A DNA stretch of 64,000 nt from a virus (lineage: Duplodnaviria > Caudoviricetes): positions 10,931 through 74,930 of the IMG/VR virus record IMGVR_UViG_3300014613_000002; one strand, 5' to 3'. The notes below the pieces were generated by a model. The model did no database searches. It had not been told where the DNA came from and saw nothing but the letters and a program-made list of their open reading frames with translations. Of this stretch, positions 18,457 to 27,940 are shown piece by piece (within the stretch, counting starts at the first letter, position 1; the number at the start of each line of letters is the position of its first letter). Made by a program: the position numbers and the translations under genes.

Positions 18457-19482
18457 TCAAACGGGAGAGCCCTCAGCTTGCTGGGGGTTTTCCTCAATAA
18501 AGCAATCATCATTTTTGTTATTAAAATCCTTAATAATTCTGATAAGTTCTTCTTCTGTTTTCTCTTTTAATTCGTGCTCCCATATAACTAGGCAACTGAA
18601 ACCAAATCCAGCATATCTATTAATTTTATCTTGAGGATTTTCTCCTTCGTGGAAATAATCTCCAAACATCTCAATTACCTTTTTCTGACTATTACAGTTG
18701 GTGAAATCAGGATGCAAATTGGCGATTGTTACAGTTCCATCTCCTGTGAATTTATATTGGTTTGGGCAAGCAATATTTATCAAATTCAATAATAAAGATT
18801 CTGGTTTATTCGGATGAGAGCATAGTTTACTAAGAACCTTCTTAGAGTATTCTGGGTTTTGCCAATTCTCTTTCTGATGCTTGGATATTTTTGCTGCTCC
18901 TTTTATGGCATTTTCTTTTCCAGGCTTTGATATTCCTTTATGAGCTATTCCAATCTTTCGAGAGCGTTCTGTATTTGAGCTTACTAGTTTATTTCTTTCC
19001 TCGGTATGATGTTTCCCATAAAATCCGTTTCTTTCCCCTAGCTGTTCTTCCCTATTACTTCTTCTTGGCATATCCCATTCATTCATTTTTTGACTTATAA
19101 TACTTCCAGATGTTTGCAAGACTTTGGCAAATTTGCACATTGGTAAGCCTAACTCCCAATAATAGTGCTGAATATCTTGCGAAGTAAAATCTCTATTCAG
19201 AATGGGTGGTCTACCAAGTGGTTTCTTTTTCTTGTGAGTTATAACTTTACGGGGGATTTCTCTATATTTATTAGTTAAATTGAATGATTCCAATCGAGTT
19301 CTTCTAGGTATATTATATCTTTTCATAAAACTCCAAACTGAGTTATCATTCGTTCCATAAAGAAATCCTATATCAGCTAAAGTTAATTCCTGTATCCAGT
19401 AAAGATTCTCAACCGTAGCTTTATCTAGCTTAACTTCACGCTTGCCTTCAGATATATTATTACACCATTCAGTAGAACGCAT
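18457..19482 (-). CDS. Vsr/DUF559-like homing endonuclease with HTH and NUMOD3
   Basis: PNKPE...PDF...VIEMFGDYFH...CLVIWE; FYGKHHTEE. Confidence 0.8.
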   Translation of the reverse strand: MRSTEWCNNISEGKREVKLDKATVENLYWIQELTLADIGFLYGTNDNSVWSFMKRYNIPRRTRLESFNLTNKYREIPRKVITHKKKKPLGRPPILNRDFTSQDIQHYYWELGLPMCKFAKVLQTSGSIISQKMNEWDMPRRSNREEQLGERNGFYGKHHTEERNKLVSSNTERSRKIGIAHKGISKPGKENAIKGAAKISKHQKENWQNPEYSKKVLSKLCSHPNKPESLLLNLINIACPNQYKFTGDGTVTIANLHPDFTNCNSQKKVIEMFGDYFHEGENPQDKINRYAGFGFSCLVIWEHELKEKTEEELIRIIKDFNNKNDDCFIEENPQQAEGSPV

Positions 19483-19550
19483 TTTCTTGTTATAAGGTCC
19501 TCTTTTTATTTTAATGTTCTGAAGTTTGCTTATATCCTTTCTTGCACATT

Positions 19551-20375
19551 TCAGCCTTCAATGCCCCTTTCAGTGAATTTCGGACTCGACTTGTCCTCAA
19601 TGACGAACAATCCCTTGCCATTCTTCCCTGTAGCGAGTATCGGTTTCTCTGGCAGCATCCTGGAACCAGTGTCCCCGAGCTTGTGAATGAAGGTCGTCCT
19701 TTTGCGCCTGGAGCTGCCATACGGCTGATATTCTATCGCTGTCAATCTACCAATGGATACAAGCTGTTCTCCCTTGTTCGGAACTCTAACCCTGACTTTT
19801 CGCACTTGGGGCGGATTTCCATGAAAAGATTCATAGAGTCCCTTGGGCTTGCCAAAGAGAGTATCAAATATAATAGGGTTTTCTATTGCACCAGTTCTAA
19901 GATTTATCCATCCATTTACTTTGTTACCTATAATAACTCTTACCTGTTCACAAGTTCTTGATTTACGACAGTGAGTTATTGCTGCATTTTTATCCTCAAA
20001 ATCAAGATGGTCATACTTATACTCAAGAAAAGGTTCATCTGGATAGTAGTGATATGCTCGATATTTAATTTTACTTGGATTCATTCTCGCTTTCACTGTT
20101 TCTATATGAGGGCAAGTCCTAACTCCTCCTTTCTTGAATATCCAGGCTGGGCAAGAACATAAGAGGTTTCCTTGCTCATCTGCCTTAACAGTATAGGTTT
20201 TGCTTGGGTCACTCTTGCTCCTGAAAGTAGTTACTGTTCGATAGACCTTCTTTGGGTTAGCAGTCCTAAATCCACTTTTCCATTCCCTAGCAGCTATCCT
20301 CATAGCATCTTGAGGTAAGTAGCCCATACGGACTAATGTCTTGATTCTTTTCTTTATGTAGTCTCGATATGTCAT
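19551..20375 (-). CDS. Basic multi-module protein with SWIM Zn finger; 4 NP motifs
   Basis: LLCSCPAW...TCPHI. Confidence 0.7.
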   Translation of the reverse strand: MTYRDYIKKRIKTLVRMGYLPQDAMRIAAREWKSGFRTANPKKVYRTVTTFRSKSDPSKTYTVKADEQGNLLCSCPAWIFKKGGVRTCPHIETVKARMNPSKIKYRAYHYYPDEPFLEYKYDHLDFEDKNAAITHCRKSRTCEQVRVIIGNKVNGWINLRTGAIENPIIFDTLFGKPKGLYESFHGNPPQVRKVRVRVPNKGEQLVSIGRLTAIEYQPYGSSRRKRTTFIHKLGDTGSRMLPEKPILATGKNGKGLFVIEDKSSPKFTERGIEG

Positions 20376-20984
20376 CTAAATTTTTCCTCTAGTAAGCTTG
20401 CCAGCCTTGGTCTTGGGGATTGCATTTTTCATCCTCATTACTTTTTTATAGAGAGCTACAGTTGCTTGATGTTCAGCCCTACCTGTAGGGTCGGACACCC
20501 AATCACGAGTAATATCAACTGCTGCATCTAGGATATCTATAGCTTCATCCAGTCGTTCTCTTGGGATAAATAATGTATTTCCCTTTATAGTTACCCAATC
20601 ATAACCCACATCAAAGAAACGGAAAGGAATGACTATATCTCTTTGTTTAGCTGATAAATATACTTTTATAACCTCTGGGGTAACAGGACGAATTGGATTC
20701 CTGTAAGCATAGCTCCTAAAGCAACCCTGGCAAACATAAGCTCTCTTGCTGTCAAGCCTAACCTGAACAGCTTCCTCCCATGGAATCCAAGAACCGCAAT
20801 CTATGCAGACTGGGTTCGCAACTTTCTTGATATAAATAGCCACCATTCTCCTAGCTTTTCTCCCAATGTAGGTAAAGGCTCTGACATTAGGTCTGCCGAC
20901 CTGTCTGACCCAGAATGCCAACACTCTATCCTTGGCAGAATAAGGGATAGTTTCAATAAGGGAATATCCTTTTATTTTTAACAT
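20376..20984 (-). CDS. Multi-module protein with Zn finger bracketed by NP motifs
   Basis: ANP-VCIDC...CQGC-..RNP. Confidence 0.65.
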   Translation of the reverse strand: MLKIKGYSLIETIPYSAKDRVLAFWVRQVGRPNVRAFTYIGRKARRMVAIYIKKVANPVCIDCGSWIPWEEAVQVRLDSKRAYVCQGCFRSYAYRNPIRPVTPEVIKVYLSAKQRDIVIPFRFFDVGYDWVTIKGNTLFIPRERLDEAIDILDAAVDITRDWVSDPTGRAEHQATVALYKKVMRMKNAIPKTKAGKLTRGKI

Positions 20985-20985
20985 T

Positions 20986-21315
20986 CTATAGTCCTGGTGG
21001 TTTAATTCCAGACTTTGGGAAAATTCTTACATCACCACTAAATGTTCCAGGTTCTTCAGCATCGAACTCAAAGCTGTGTTCCGATTCATCAGTTTCCACT
21101 CCACCTACTGATAAGTAGGTATGTTGGTCTCCTGCTCTATCTATTAGATTCCCGCCAGACCAAACTTCAGCGAGAGTATAATACATTGAACCATAGAACA
21201 AACCCTGAACATCTACTGAATAATTAACAGTCATTCTTACAGTATCACCCACCCCATATTCTGATTTATCAAAGGTAATCACTATTGGGTTGTGTAGCTT
21301 AAATCCTGCTGCCAT
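20986..21315 (-). CDS. Ig-like beta-sandwich structural protein
   Basis: FDKSEYGVGDTVRMTV...EPGTFSGDVRI. Confidence 0.55.
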   Translation of the reverse strand: MAAGFKLHNPIVITFDKSEYGVGDTVRMTVNYSVDVQGLFYGSMYYTLAEVWSGGNLIDRAGDQHTYLSVGGVETDESEHSFEFDAEEPGTFSGDVRIFPKSGIKPPGL

Positions 21316-21329
21316 ATTTACCTCCTATC

Positions 21330-22031
21330 TCAATTCAAGTCAAGTCCTATTTCATTACTCCATGACTGTTTGGAATCACGAATAACCATCACCTCAACCA
21401 TAACTCTACCTGGCCCTAGAAAATTACCTATAGTTACATACGTTGGTGGGCCAGTGTCTCTACTAAGGTCTAGAGTTAATTTAGTTGCTGTTGAAGTATC
21501 AGGTATAACTGTTATTTCAGGATACCCCACTATGGCTTTACTGAGATGTATCCAAGTGTAGTTACCACTAAGGTTTCTGCCGTTGATGATAATTGTTCCA
21601 CCTCTCCAACATGGGTCAGGTGTAATTGATTCGATATAGGGTTCTAGTGGAGGAGCTTCAGTAATTTCTATACTAAATGCTCTCCTGCCTAGTTCCTCAT
21701 TCCAGTCTTTCCAATCATTAGGTACTTCTGTTATACTAACGCTAAAACTTTTTCTCCCCAATTCTTCATTCCAATCTTTCCATTCAGTAGGTGGCGGCTC
21801 AGGGTAATGACATATTTCGATATTATCCTCTTCTGTTAGTACCCATTTGCCTTCTACAGAACAAGTGTATAAATCATAATCTTTACACTTGGTATCTCCA
21901 GGTTTGCATGGGATAACTCCTTCTTCTTGGAGTAAACGATAGATACCGTAGCCAGCTGCCCCAGCTAAACCAACGACTACTGCAACTTTACCAGCTTCTT
22001 CAATTGGTTTCTTTTTAGTTCTTTTAGCCAT
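21330..22031 (-). CDS. Membrane-anchored spike: TM, Cys knot, 2 internal repeats, IPT/TIG-like domain
   Basis: WKDWNEELGR twice; PYIESITPDPCWRGGTIIINGRNL. Confidence 0.65.
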   Translation of the reverse strand: MAKRTKKKPIEEAGKVAVVVGLAGAAGYGIYRLLQEEGVIPCKPGDTKCKDYDLYTCSVEGKWVLTEEDNIEICHYPEPPPTEWKDWNEELGRKSFSVSITEVPNDWKDWNEELGRRAFSIEITEAPPLEPYIESITPDPCWRGGTIIINGRNLSGNYTWIHLSKAIVGYPEITVIPDTSTATKLTLDLSRDTGPPTYVTIGNFLGPGRVMVEVMVIRDSKQSWSNEIGLDLN

Positions 22032-22500
22032 GTCTTCCCCCGAGTATTTCTGTAAGAAGCTTTATACCGAATATTCCTAATACTCCTATAGCTCCCCATT
22101 TTACTATCGTTGCCCAATCTCCAAAAATAGGTTTATCAACATCGCACCTAATGGTATAGATTAGTGCTGCCAGCCCAAGAGTAATTCCGATAGTAATTAA
22201 GCCAATGGCAAGCCAATGAGCTTTAATAAAGGCAAGAGCCGCTAATAAGAAAGCTGGGTCAGCTTCACACTCAATGGTAGCCTGCGACCCACTGCCGTAA
22301 ACATCAATCAAGTCTATGCCATCTGGCATAAATGGCCTAAAAATGTATTCAGCGCCAGGCAAACTAAATGCACTACCTACTGGCAATCTCAAGTCCATTA
22401 CAAATCGAACTTTAGTTCCTTTGGGTAACTCTATGTCGGTAGTTAAGTCATCGCCCAAAGTTTCGATTCTATCTGATTCTGCTACTGTTACCCAAGCCAT
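22024..22500 (-). CDS. Membrane protein with C-terminal TM helices
   Basis: Hydrophobic C-terminal half. Confidence 0.6.
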   Translation of the reverse strand: MAWVTVAESDRIETLGDDLTTDIELPKGTKVRFVMDLRLPVGSAFSLPGAEYIFRPFMPDGIDLIDVYGSGSQATIECEADPAFLLAALAFIKAHWLAIGLITIGITLGLAALIYTIRCDVDKPIFGDWATIVKWGAIGVLGIFGIKLLTEILGGRHG

Positions 22501-22506
22501 TGTCTT

Positions 22507-22689
22507 TTATCTCCTTTTCTTCTTCTTGCCTAATAGATAACCAACAAACCCACTACCCAGTATAGCTGGTAAAACTAAAGGACTTGCAAAGGCAATAGTT
22601 GCAAATGCTTTATCACCAGGAATTGTTTTCCCATCAACCTCCCATATTGTTTCTTCTAGTGGTTTGCCATCAATTAGTATCTGTGCCAT
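22507..22689 (-). CDS. Small membrane protein
   Basis: TM followed by KKKKRR. Confidence 0.6.
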   Translation of the reverse strand: MAQILIDGKPLEETIWEVDGKTIPGDKAFATIAFASPLVLPAILGSGFVGYLLGKKKKRR

Positions 22690-22692
22690 TTT

Positions 22693-23070
22693 TTACCTCC
22701 TCAATGTAAATAATAAAAATCCAAGGCTAACTGCACCAATAGCCCAACCCCACCAAGGAATGCCCAACGGCTCCTTTTCCAGTTGCCAACCAATAACTGA
22801 ACTCACTCCAGTAGCTATCACTGTAGCTGCTATAATTGCTAGAGGGTCGGTTGCCTTCTTAAACTTGATAAACACAATATGAGCTTCCTGCCTGATAGGT
22901 TCAGTTAGAATGACTCCTTGATTGCGCAGACTACTCTCAAACTCGTATAGGATATCTTCAGGTATTTTTCTATCAAGGTAAAGACGTAATTCACCTTTAT
23001 CACCTTCAGCAAATAGGCTTTCAGCTTCAGGTAATTTATCTAATTCTAAACTTTCAGCAACCAATTCCAT
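22693..23070 (-). CDS. Membrane protein with C-terminal TM helices
   Basis: Two hydrophobic helices. Confidence 0.6.
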   Translation of the reverse strand: MELVAESLELDKLPEAESLFAEGDKGELRLYLDRKIPEDILYEFESSLRNQGVILTEPIRQEAHIVFIKFKKATDPLAIIAATVIATGVSSVIGWQLEKEPLGIPWWGWAIGAVSLGFLLFTLRR

Positions 23071-23103
23071 TTAGTTTACATCTATAAAACTCTACTCATT
23101 TGA

Positions 23104-24504
23104 TTATGCCCTTGCTACTATTATATTACCAGCTGTCCACTCTCGCATTGTAGATGTTCTATAAATGTCACCATCATAGTATGAGTATCGTGCTCTGAAC
23201 AGCAGGATATATTCTCCACTGGGTATTGGGCCTCTTTCAAATCTACTCTCTCCAAATGGGCCAAGGTTTATATCAGCAAGGTCAATACCACCTGACGACA
23301 AATCCTCTATCTCAAATCCAGCAATATCACCTGGCCTGCCCCCATACTGGGTTCTCGGAGGTAATGGTTCAGGGTAAATTGCACAGCCAAGAGACCATCC
23401 AGAACTAGGACTTCTCGATACAGAAGTGCGGGCATTTAGATATTCAACAGGCGCAATAACTGCAACTGGTTGGAGGGCTGGTATAGCAGTCTCGTTATAT
23501 ATGTTCCAAGTTAGGCAAATGGGGCATGTCTTGACTGCCACCAACCTATCACTCCCAGGATGTTCATTTTGCTCCTCTGCTTGCGCTTCTATCCAATCTT
23601 CAATGAATACTTCTGCCTCGTGTGTCCACCATGGCATGACATAACCACACTTCTGGCAGACAACATCATATCTAGTTGTGCTCCCCGCAGTTAGTTCAAG
23701 AGAAACATTGGTTAGCTCAATGCCTGTATTAACAAGATACTTTTCATATCTTATAATATGTTCCTCGTCACAACTAATCCAGTTTTGTGTTCCAGGGTGT
23801 GTCAAGCAGTATTCTATTTCTGGGTATATATCATAAACAATCGTGATGGGAGTTTGCTCAATAGTTATCTCACTTGGCACTTCTGGTGGGAATGCTTCCA
23901 CCGTCATTGACAAACCATCAATCTCAATATCATAGAAGCCAGGAGTAGGAGGAGTATAAGTAAAGGTTACAGTGGTTCCTGCTGGCCATATATCCACTCT
24001 AACTAGAGTAACTTGTTGACTATCTATAACTTCACCATTTACAGTCAAAGCAACAGTTCTAGACACTTCTTCACCAACTGGAGCTATTTGTAGCATAGCA
24101 GTACAACTAATCTGGATAGGTGTACCTGCCGTGAATACTGGCGGCTCTACATTCAAGTGACTTAGCTCAATGACAAATTCAGCGGTTTCCAAAACCATTT
24201 CGACGCTTCCTAAATCCTTTATCTGCCCTGCCGTTAGTGTTAAATTGACAGGACTATCCCTGTAGCCATCTACGCTTATTACACTGTAATATCCTGGAGT
24301 AATATTCTCTATAATGAAAAGGCCAAGTAAATCACTGACTCCACTGCTTCTAACACCGTCAAGGTATACATACTTACCAGCGATTGCAGTCTTGCCACCT
24401 GTAGCTACATTCAGTTCCTTTATTGCTCCTGTCACAGTTGCTGGTACTGAAGCTAACGATACGTTTAATTCCTTTGCTTTACCTGCAGTTAATATTATTG
24501 ACAT
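23104..24504 (-). CDS. Spike component: N-terminal donor-like strand, carboxypeptidase-regulatory-like and CARDB/Ig domains
   Basis: ATVTGAIKE..F.IENITPGYY; TPPTPGFYDIEIDG. Confidence 0.65.
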   Translation of the reverse strand: MSIILTAGKAKELNVSLASVPATVTGAIKELNVATGGKTAIAGKYVYLDGVRSSGVSDLLGLFIIENITPGYYSVISVDGYRDSPVNLTLTAGQIKDLGSVEMVLETAEFVIELSHLNVEPPVFTAGTPIQISCTAMLQIAPVGEEVSRTVALTVNGEVIDSQQVTLVRVDIWPAGTTVTFTYTPPTPGFYDIEIDGLSMTVEAFPPEVPSEITIEQTPITIVYDIYPEIEYCLTHPGTQNWISCDEEHIIRYEKYLVNTGIELTNVSLELTAGSTTRYDVVCQKCGYVMPWWTHEAEVFIEDWIEAQAEEQNEHPGSDRLVAVKTCPICLTWNIYNETAIPALQPVAVIAPVEYLNARTSVSRSPSSGWSLGCAIYPEPLPPRTQYGGRPGDIAGFEIEDLSSGGIDLADINLGPFGESRFERGPIPSGEYILLFRARYSYYDGDIYRTSTMREWTAGNIIVARA

Positions 24505-24513
24505 ATTTACCTC

Positions 24514-25344
24514 CTAAGAGTAGTTTCTCTCTTTCCAGTTTTCAAGTAATTGGGATTTATGCCCACTACAGAAGTAAAGTTTCATTCCCTGATTTACCCA
24601 ATCTGTATAACTTAATGTGGGCTGAGCCATAACGCATGGTAAATTAGTACAGTGGCCTAACCCAAATAGGTGAGCCATCTCATGACTAAAGATACAACTG
24701 ATAGCATAATCCTCGCCTTCCATTCCCCTCACATCTAACTCTGTCTTCAAACCACGAATTACTATAGTGTGTAAACCAGGGTAAGCAAGTAAGCCACTAT
24801 GAAGGTTATCCTCAGTAATAATAACACACAAGTCCACATCATTATAGCCTTCTAAATTCTTTAGTACTCCATACATAACAGACTTGTTATGAAAGTCATA
24901 GCCTTCTGCCGGTACTTCATGCTTTATAACAAATTCTATCGGCATTTCACCATCGCAGTAATTAGCTAACAAATTCGCCTTGTAACCAACAATCCACCTA
25001 CACCATTCATTCCAATTATCATGCCAGACATAAATGTCGCTACTTCCTTCAAATCCCTCAAGGTAGAAATAATAAATACCCAATGTGTAAGTTTGGAGAG
25101 ATGGTTTATAGACAGCACTAAATTGGACAAAGTCATAAATGTCAATAACACCATTATCGTCAAAATCGCCTATGGGATTGTAATTGGCGTCTCCTAACTT
25201 CGAGCCATAGCATTCTCTAAAGGCTATCCAGTCAGCCTCACCAATAGAACCATCACCATCAAAATCACCCTTTCTCTCTATTTCTGCAAGGGTTAAGATG
25301 GCATCTAACTTTCTTGGTTGTCCCTCTGTTAATTTTATTGCCAT
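24514..25344 (-). CDS. Dockerin-like EF-hand pair plus archaemetzincin-like metallopeptidase
   Basis: GDFDGDGSIG, GDFDDNGVIDIYD; HEMAHLFGLGHC...CVM. Confidence 0.8.
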   Translation of the reverse strand: MAIKLTEGQPRKLDAILTLAEIERKGDFDGDGSIGEADWIAFRECYGSKLGDANYNPIGDFDDNGVIDIYDFVQFSAVYKPSLQTYTLGIYYFYLEGFEGSSDIYVWHDNWNEWCRWIVGYKANLLANYCDGEMPIEFVIKHEVPAEGYDFHNKSVMYGVLKNLEGYNDVDLCVIITEDNLHSGLLAYPGLHTIVIRGLKTELDVRGMEGEDYAISCIFSHEMAHLFGLGHCTNLPCVMAQPTLSYTDWVNQGMKLYFCSGHKSQLLENWKERNYS

Positions 25345-25350
25345 AACTCA

Positions 25351-25617
25351 TCAGACTTCTTTTGTATCGTAATCTGGATGACTAAACCTAATAGTGTAAG
25401 TCCCTGCAGGAATATTAGTTATCTGGTAGCTACCATTAGAAATAGTATAGTCAGATAAACCCGTTCCCACAACTTCGACCAACGCTCCACTTATTGCATA
25501 GCCAGACCCAGCTTCAGTTACTGTTCCATATAAAGTCGCTGGTTCTGGTGGAACATAAACTGGAGTTAGACTGATATCTAGCTTCTTTGTTTGTCCTTCA
25601 CTTAATGTTATCGACAT
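25351..25617 (-). CDS. Circularly permuted carboxypeptidase-regulatory-like beta-sandwich
   Basis: MSITLSEGQTKKLDISLTP then ATLYGTVTE...NIPAGTYTIRFSHPDY. Confidence 0.7.
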   Translation of the reverse strand: MSITLSEGQTKKLDISLTPVYVPPEPATLYGTVTEAGSGYAISGALVEVVGTGLSDYTISNGSYQITNIPAGTYTIRFSHPDYDTKEV

Positions 25618-25630
25618 AATTTATCTCCCT

Positions 25631-26125
25631 TTAGTATGTATTTACTTCCCAGAAATCAGTTTCATAAACATCAGCAGCGGCAAGTTTATCAGCTCTAGAC
25701 CGCCAGAATCTGAGATGCAGTGCAGAAACCAAGTATGTTCCGCCTAATTCACGTTCACGCCAAATGTAGGCATCATATTGTGGATTCCCTTCATAGATAG
25801 GGTGCCAAACTCCATCCCACTCGACCTCAAGTTGCATTAGACTTGTATAATTACTAGGCATAACTAAGTATCTGACTTTACTGCAAAGTAGTGGTGTAGG
25901 GATTAACTCAAGCCAACCACTCCAGTTAGGCCCATAAATTATATTACACATTGCAAATGTTTGTTCATCACCATCGTAAGCAGCTTCTGGAGGCCAGTTT
26001 GGATAACTACTCCAATCATTTTGGGGGTCGTTATATATTGTAGGTTTTACCCATCGAGCTTCTTTGATTGGTGTTAAAGAAACATCAACTCTTTTTGTTT
26101 TTCCTTCTTCTAATACTACTGTCAT
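25631..26125 (-). CDS. Donor-like strand plus galactose-binding-like (F5/8C) domain
   Basis: AAYDGDEQTFA...WLEL...KVRY. Confidence 0.6.
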   Translation of the reverse strand: MTVVLEEGKTKRVDVSLTPIKEARWVKPTIYNDPQNDWSSYPNWPPEAAYDGDEQTFAMCNIIYGPNWSGWLELIPTPLLCSKVRYLVMPSNYTSLMQLEVEWDGVWHPIYEGNPQYDAYIWRERELGGTYLVSALHLRFWRSRADKLAAADVYETDFWEVNTY

Positions 26126-26536
26126 TTACATCACCTTCTCTTCATATCGTCCTAGTGGGTCGGTGAATGTCACAGTATAAGCACCTGGTGGAATGTTCTC
26201 TATCCTATAAGTCCCATCTAGGGCAGTAGTTCCAGGATAGCTATCACAGTTAACTGATATTCCTTCAATTGGACTCCCAGTTGTCTTATCAGTAACAGTT
26301 CCATAGAGAATAGCAGTTCCAGGTATTATAGGACATCGTACTTCATCATTTGGTACAATAACATCCCACTTGGTTCCCTCTGGATTGCATCTACACCAGT
26401 TAAGTCCTATGCACTTTTCGTCCCCTGGAGTGCATATAGCTACTGACGGCTTGAGATACTTGTAAGCAACATATCCACCAACTGCTGCTACTCCAACACT
26501 TAATGCGACCTTTTGTTCCTTTGTTAGCTTTACCAT
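26126..26536 (-). CDS. Membrane-anchored Cys knot plus truncated carboxypeptidase-regulatory-like domain
   Basis: N-terminal TM; CTPGDEKC; AILYGTVTD...NIPPGAYTVTF. Confidence 0.7.
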   Translation of the reverse strand: MVKLTKEQKVALSVGVAAVGGYVAYKYLKPSVAICTPGDEKCIGLNWCRCNPEGTKWDVIVPNDEVRCPIIPGTAILYGTVTDKTTGSPIEGISVNCDSYPGTTALDGTYRIENIPPGAYTVTFTDPLGRYEEKVM

Positions 26537-26573
26537 GTTTCACCTCCGTTGATATTTTCTCATCTTTAACAAC

Positions 26574-26816
26574 TTACTTTTTTGTCAACTCAATGTAGGT
26601 ATGGACTGTTCCTTCTAGTTTAGCCAGGTTAACACTGACTTCAGATACCTTTCCCACTAGACCGTCTACCTTTTCCACTAGGCCGTCATCAACTTTTCCT
26701 TCTAAGTTTTTAACTTTTTGAGTCAGCCCACCATAGGTATATACCTTGGTGTAAACCCATCCGAAGACATTCAGTAGTGTGACACCACCTAGTGCTATCC
26801 AACTTGTTAAGTCCAT
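26574..26816 (-). CDS. TM plus coiled-coil small protein, possible lysis or membrane protein
   Basis: N-terminal TM and heptad pattern. Confidence 0.55.
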   Translation of the reverse strand: MDLTSWIALGGVTLLNVFGWVYTKVYTYGGLTQKVKNLEGKVDDGLVEKVDGLVGKVSEVSVNLAKLEGTVHTYIELTKK

Positions 26817-27796
26817 TGTATTGCCTCCTTATAGCTTTTATCCAGTCCTAATTTTTGGGTTACATTAGAAAATCTATTGGCTATAGTTGTCGTGTTGCTT
26901 CCTGCAAAAAGCAAGCCCACAACCATGTTATCTTCAGTTAAAATTATTGAACCGCTGTCTCCACCCTCTGAAACAGGCCCCATAACGAATTGGTCAGTAA
27001 ATATCGCAGTTTCGCCATTCATACCAACATTGACGGTAGCATCGACCGCTGTTATTTCACCGTGAGTTAAACCAGTTGTCCGCCCGGATTTCTTAATCTT
27101 CATTCCAACTTCTGGCCCAATTACCTCTTTGGGTAATCCAACTTCTAGAATTGAACTCAGTATATTCTTAGCATTATTGGGTTTGGCTAGGGCGCAGTCA
27201 ACCAAATTGTCATTATCAGCCATAGGAAATAATCTTGTCCTTCTGCCAAATGCCTTAGCGGTAAAGTTAAATATCTTGGCGATAAAGTTAGCGGCTGGGC
27301 AGAAGCTGGACATCCACATATTGATAGGAACAAATTCAGCCAATTTCCCTATTTCGCAGTCGCCCATCTCCGTTGTAATATCATAGGGGCCTGGCTGCAG
27401 AATGGCATCTCCTATCTGCCCTTTGTTGCAGGCAGCGAGCACATGATTATTTGATAAAATATACTTTTCACCATTCTTTTTAACAGTCATGCCCAAGGTT
27501 CCAGCAGTTATATCTTTATGTCCAATGGAAACACCACCTGGAGCTGGCCTCCACTTATCAGTTCTTTCCTTGTCAGCATCCAGCAGCCTTATCTCGCCTA
27601 CCTCAACTATGTCTGTTTCCTTTCCCTTTATCTTCCTTGGGACAATATCCCGTTTCCTTAATAGCTCTAAAGGCAGCTTCTTAACTACACCGATGACTAT
27701 GGCATCTCTGCCAGTGTCTACTCCACTGGTTATCTTTTTCCCTCTACCAACGAGAACCACATTGCTTTTTCTGAGTAGCTTTTTATCCCAATTCAT
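26807..27796 (-). CDS. Trypsin-like (Nal1-type) serine protease
   Basis: LSNNHVL, VDCAL, GDSGS triad motifs. Confidence 0.9.
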   Translation of the reverse strand: MNWDKKLLRKSNVVLVGRGKKITSGVDTGRDAIVIGVVKKLPLELLRKRDIVPRKIKGKETDIVEVGEIRLLDADKERTDKWRPAPGGVSIGHKDITAGTLGMTVKKNGEKYILSNNHVLAACNKGQIGDAILQPGPYDITTEMGDCEIGKLAEFVPINMWMSSFCPAANFIAKIFNFTAKAFGRRTRLFPMADNDNLVDCALAKPNNAKNILSSILEVGLPKEVIGPEVGMKIKKSGRTTGLTHGEITAVDATVNVGMNGETAIFTDQFVMGPVSEGGDSGSIILTEDNMVVGLLFAGSNTTTIANRFSNVTQKLGLDKSYKEAIQWT

Positions 27797-27832
27797 AATA
27801 TACCTCCAAATTCAAGCTCAAACATTTTTTAT

Positions 27833-27939
27833 CGGGCAAGGCACAAAATCCCACCACTTTGTAAGTGGGAGAAAGGAGGAAGCGGATGAAAAACCCAAAG
27901 CCTGGCGACTTCAGGAAAAGACCGCCTGTGCCTTGCCCG
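27833..27939 (-). other. Intergenic multibranch RNA or DNA structure
   Basis: 13-bp perfect inverted repeat CGGGCAAGGCACA/TGTGCCTTGCCCG enclosing inner hairpins. Confidence 0.55.
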
Positions 27940-27940
27940 C

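Noticed and set aside
17008-19482. NP dipeptides inside the Vsr-like endonucleases
   Set aside because: They belong to W.NPEY-type endonuclease motifs and were excluded from the NP count.
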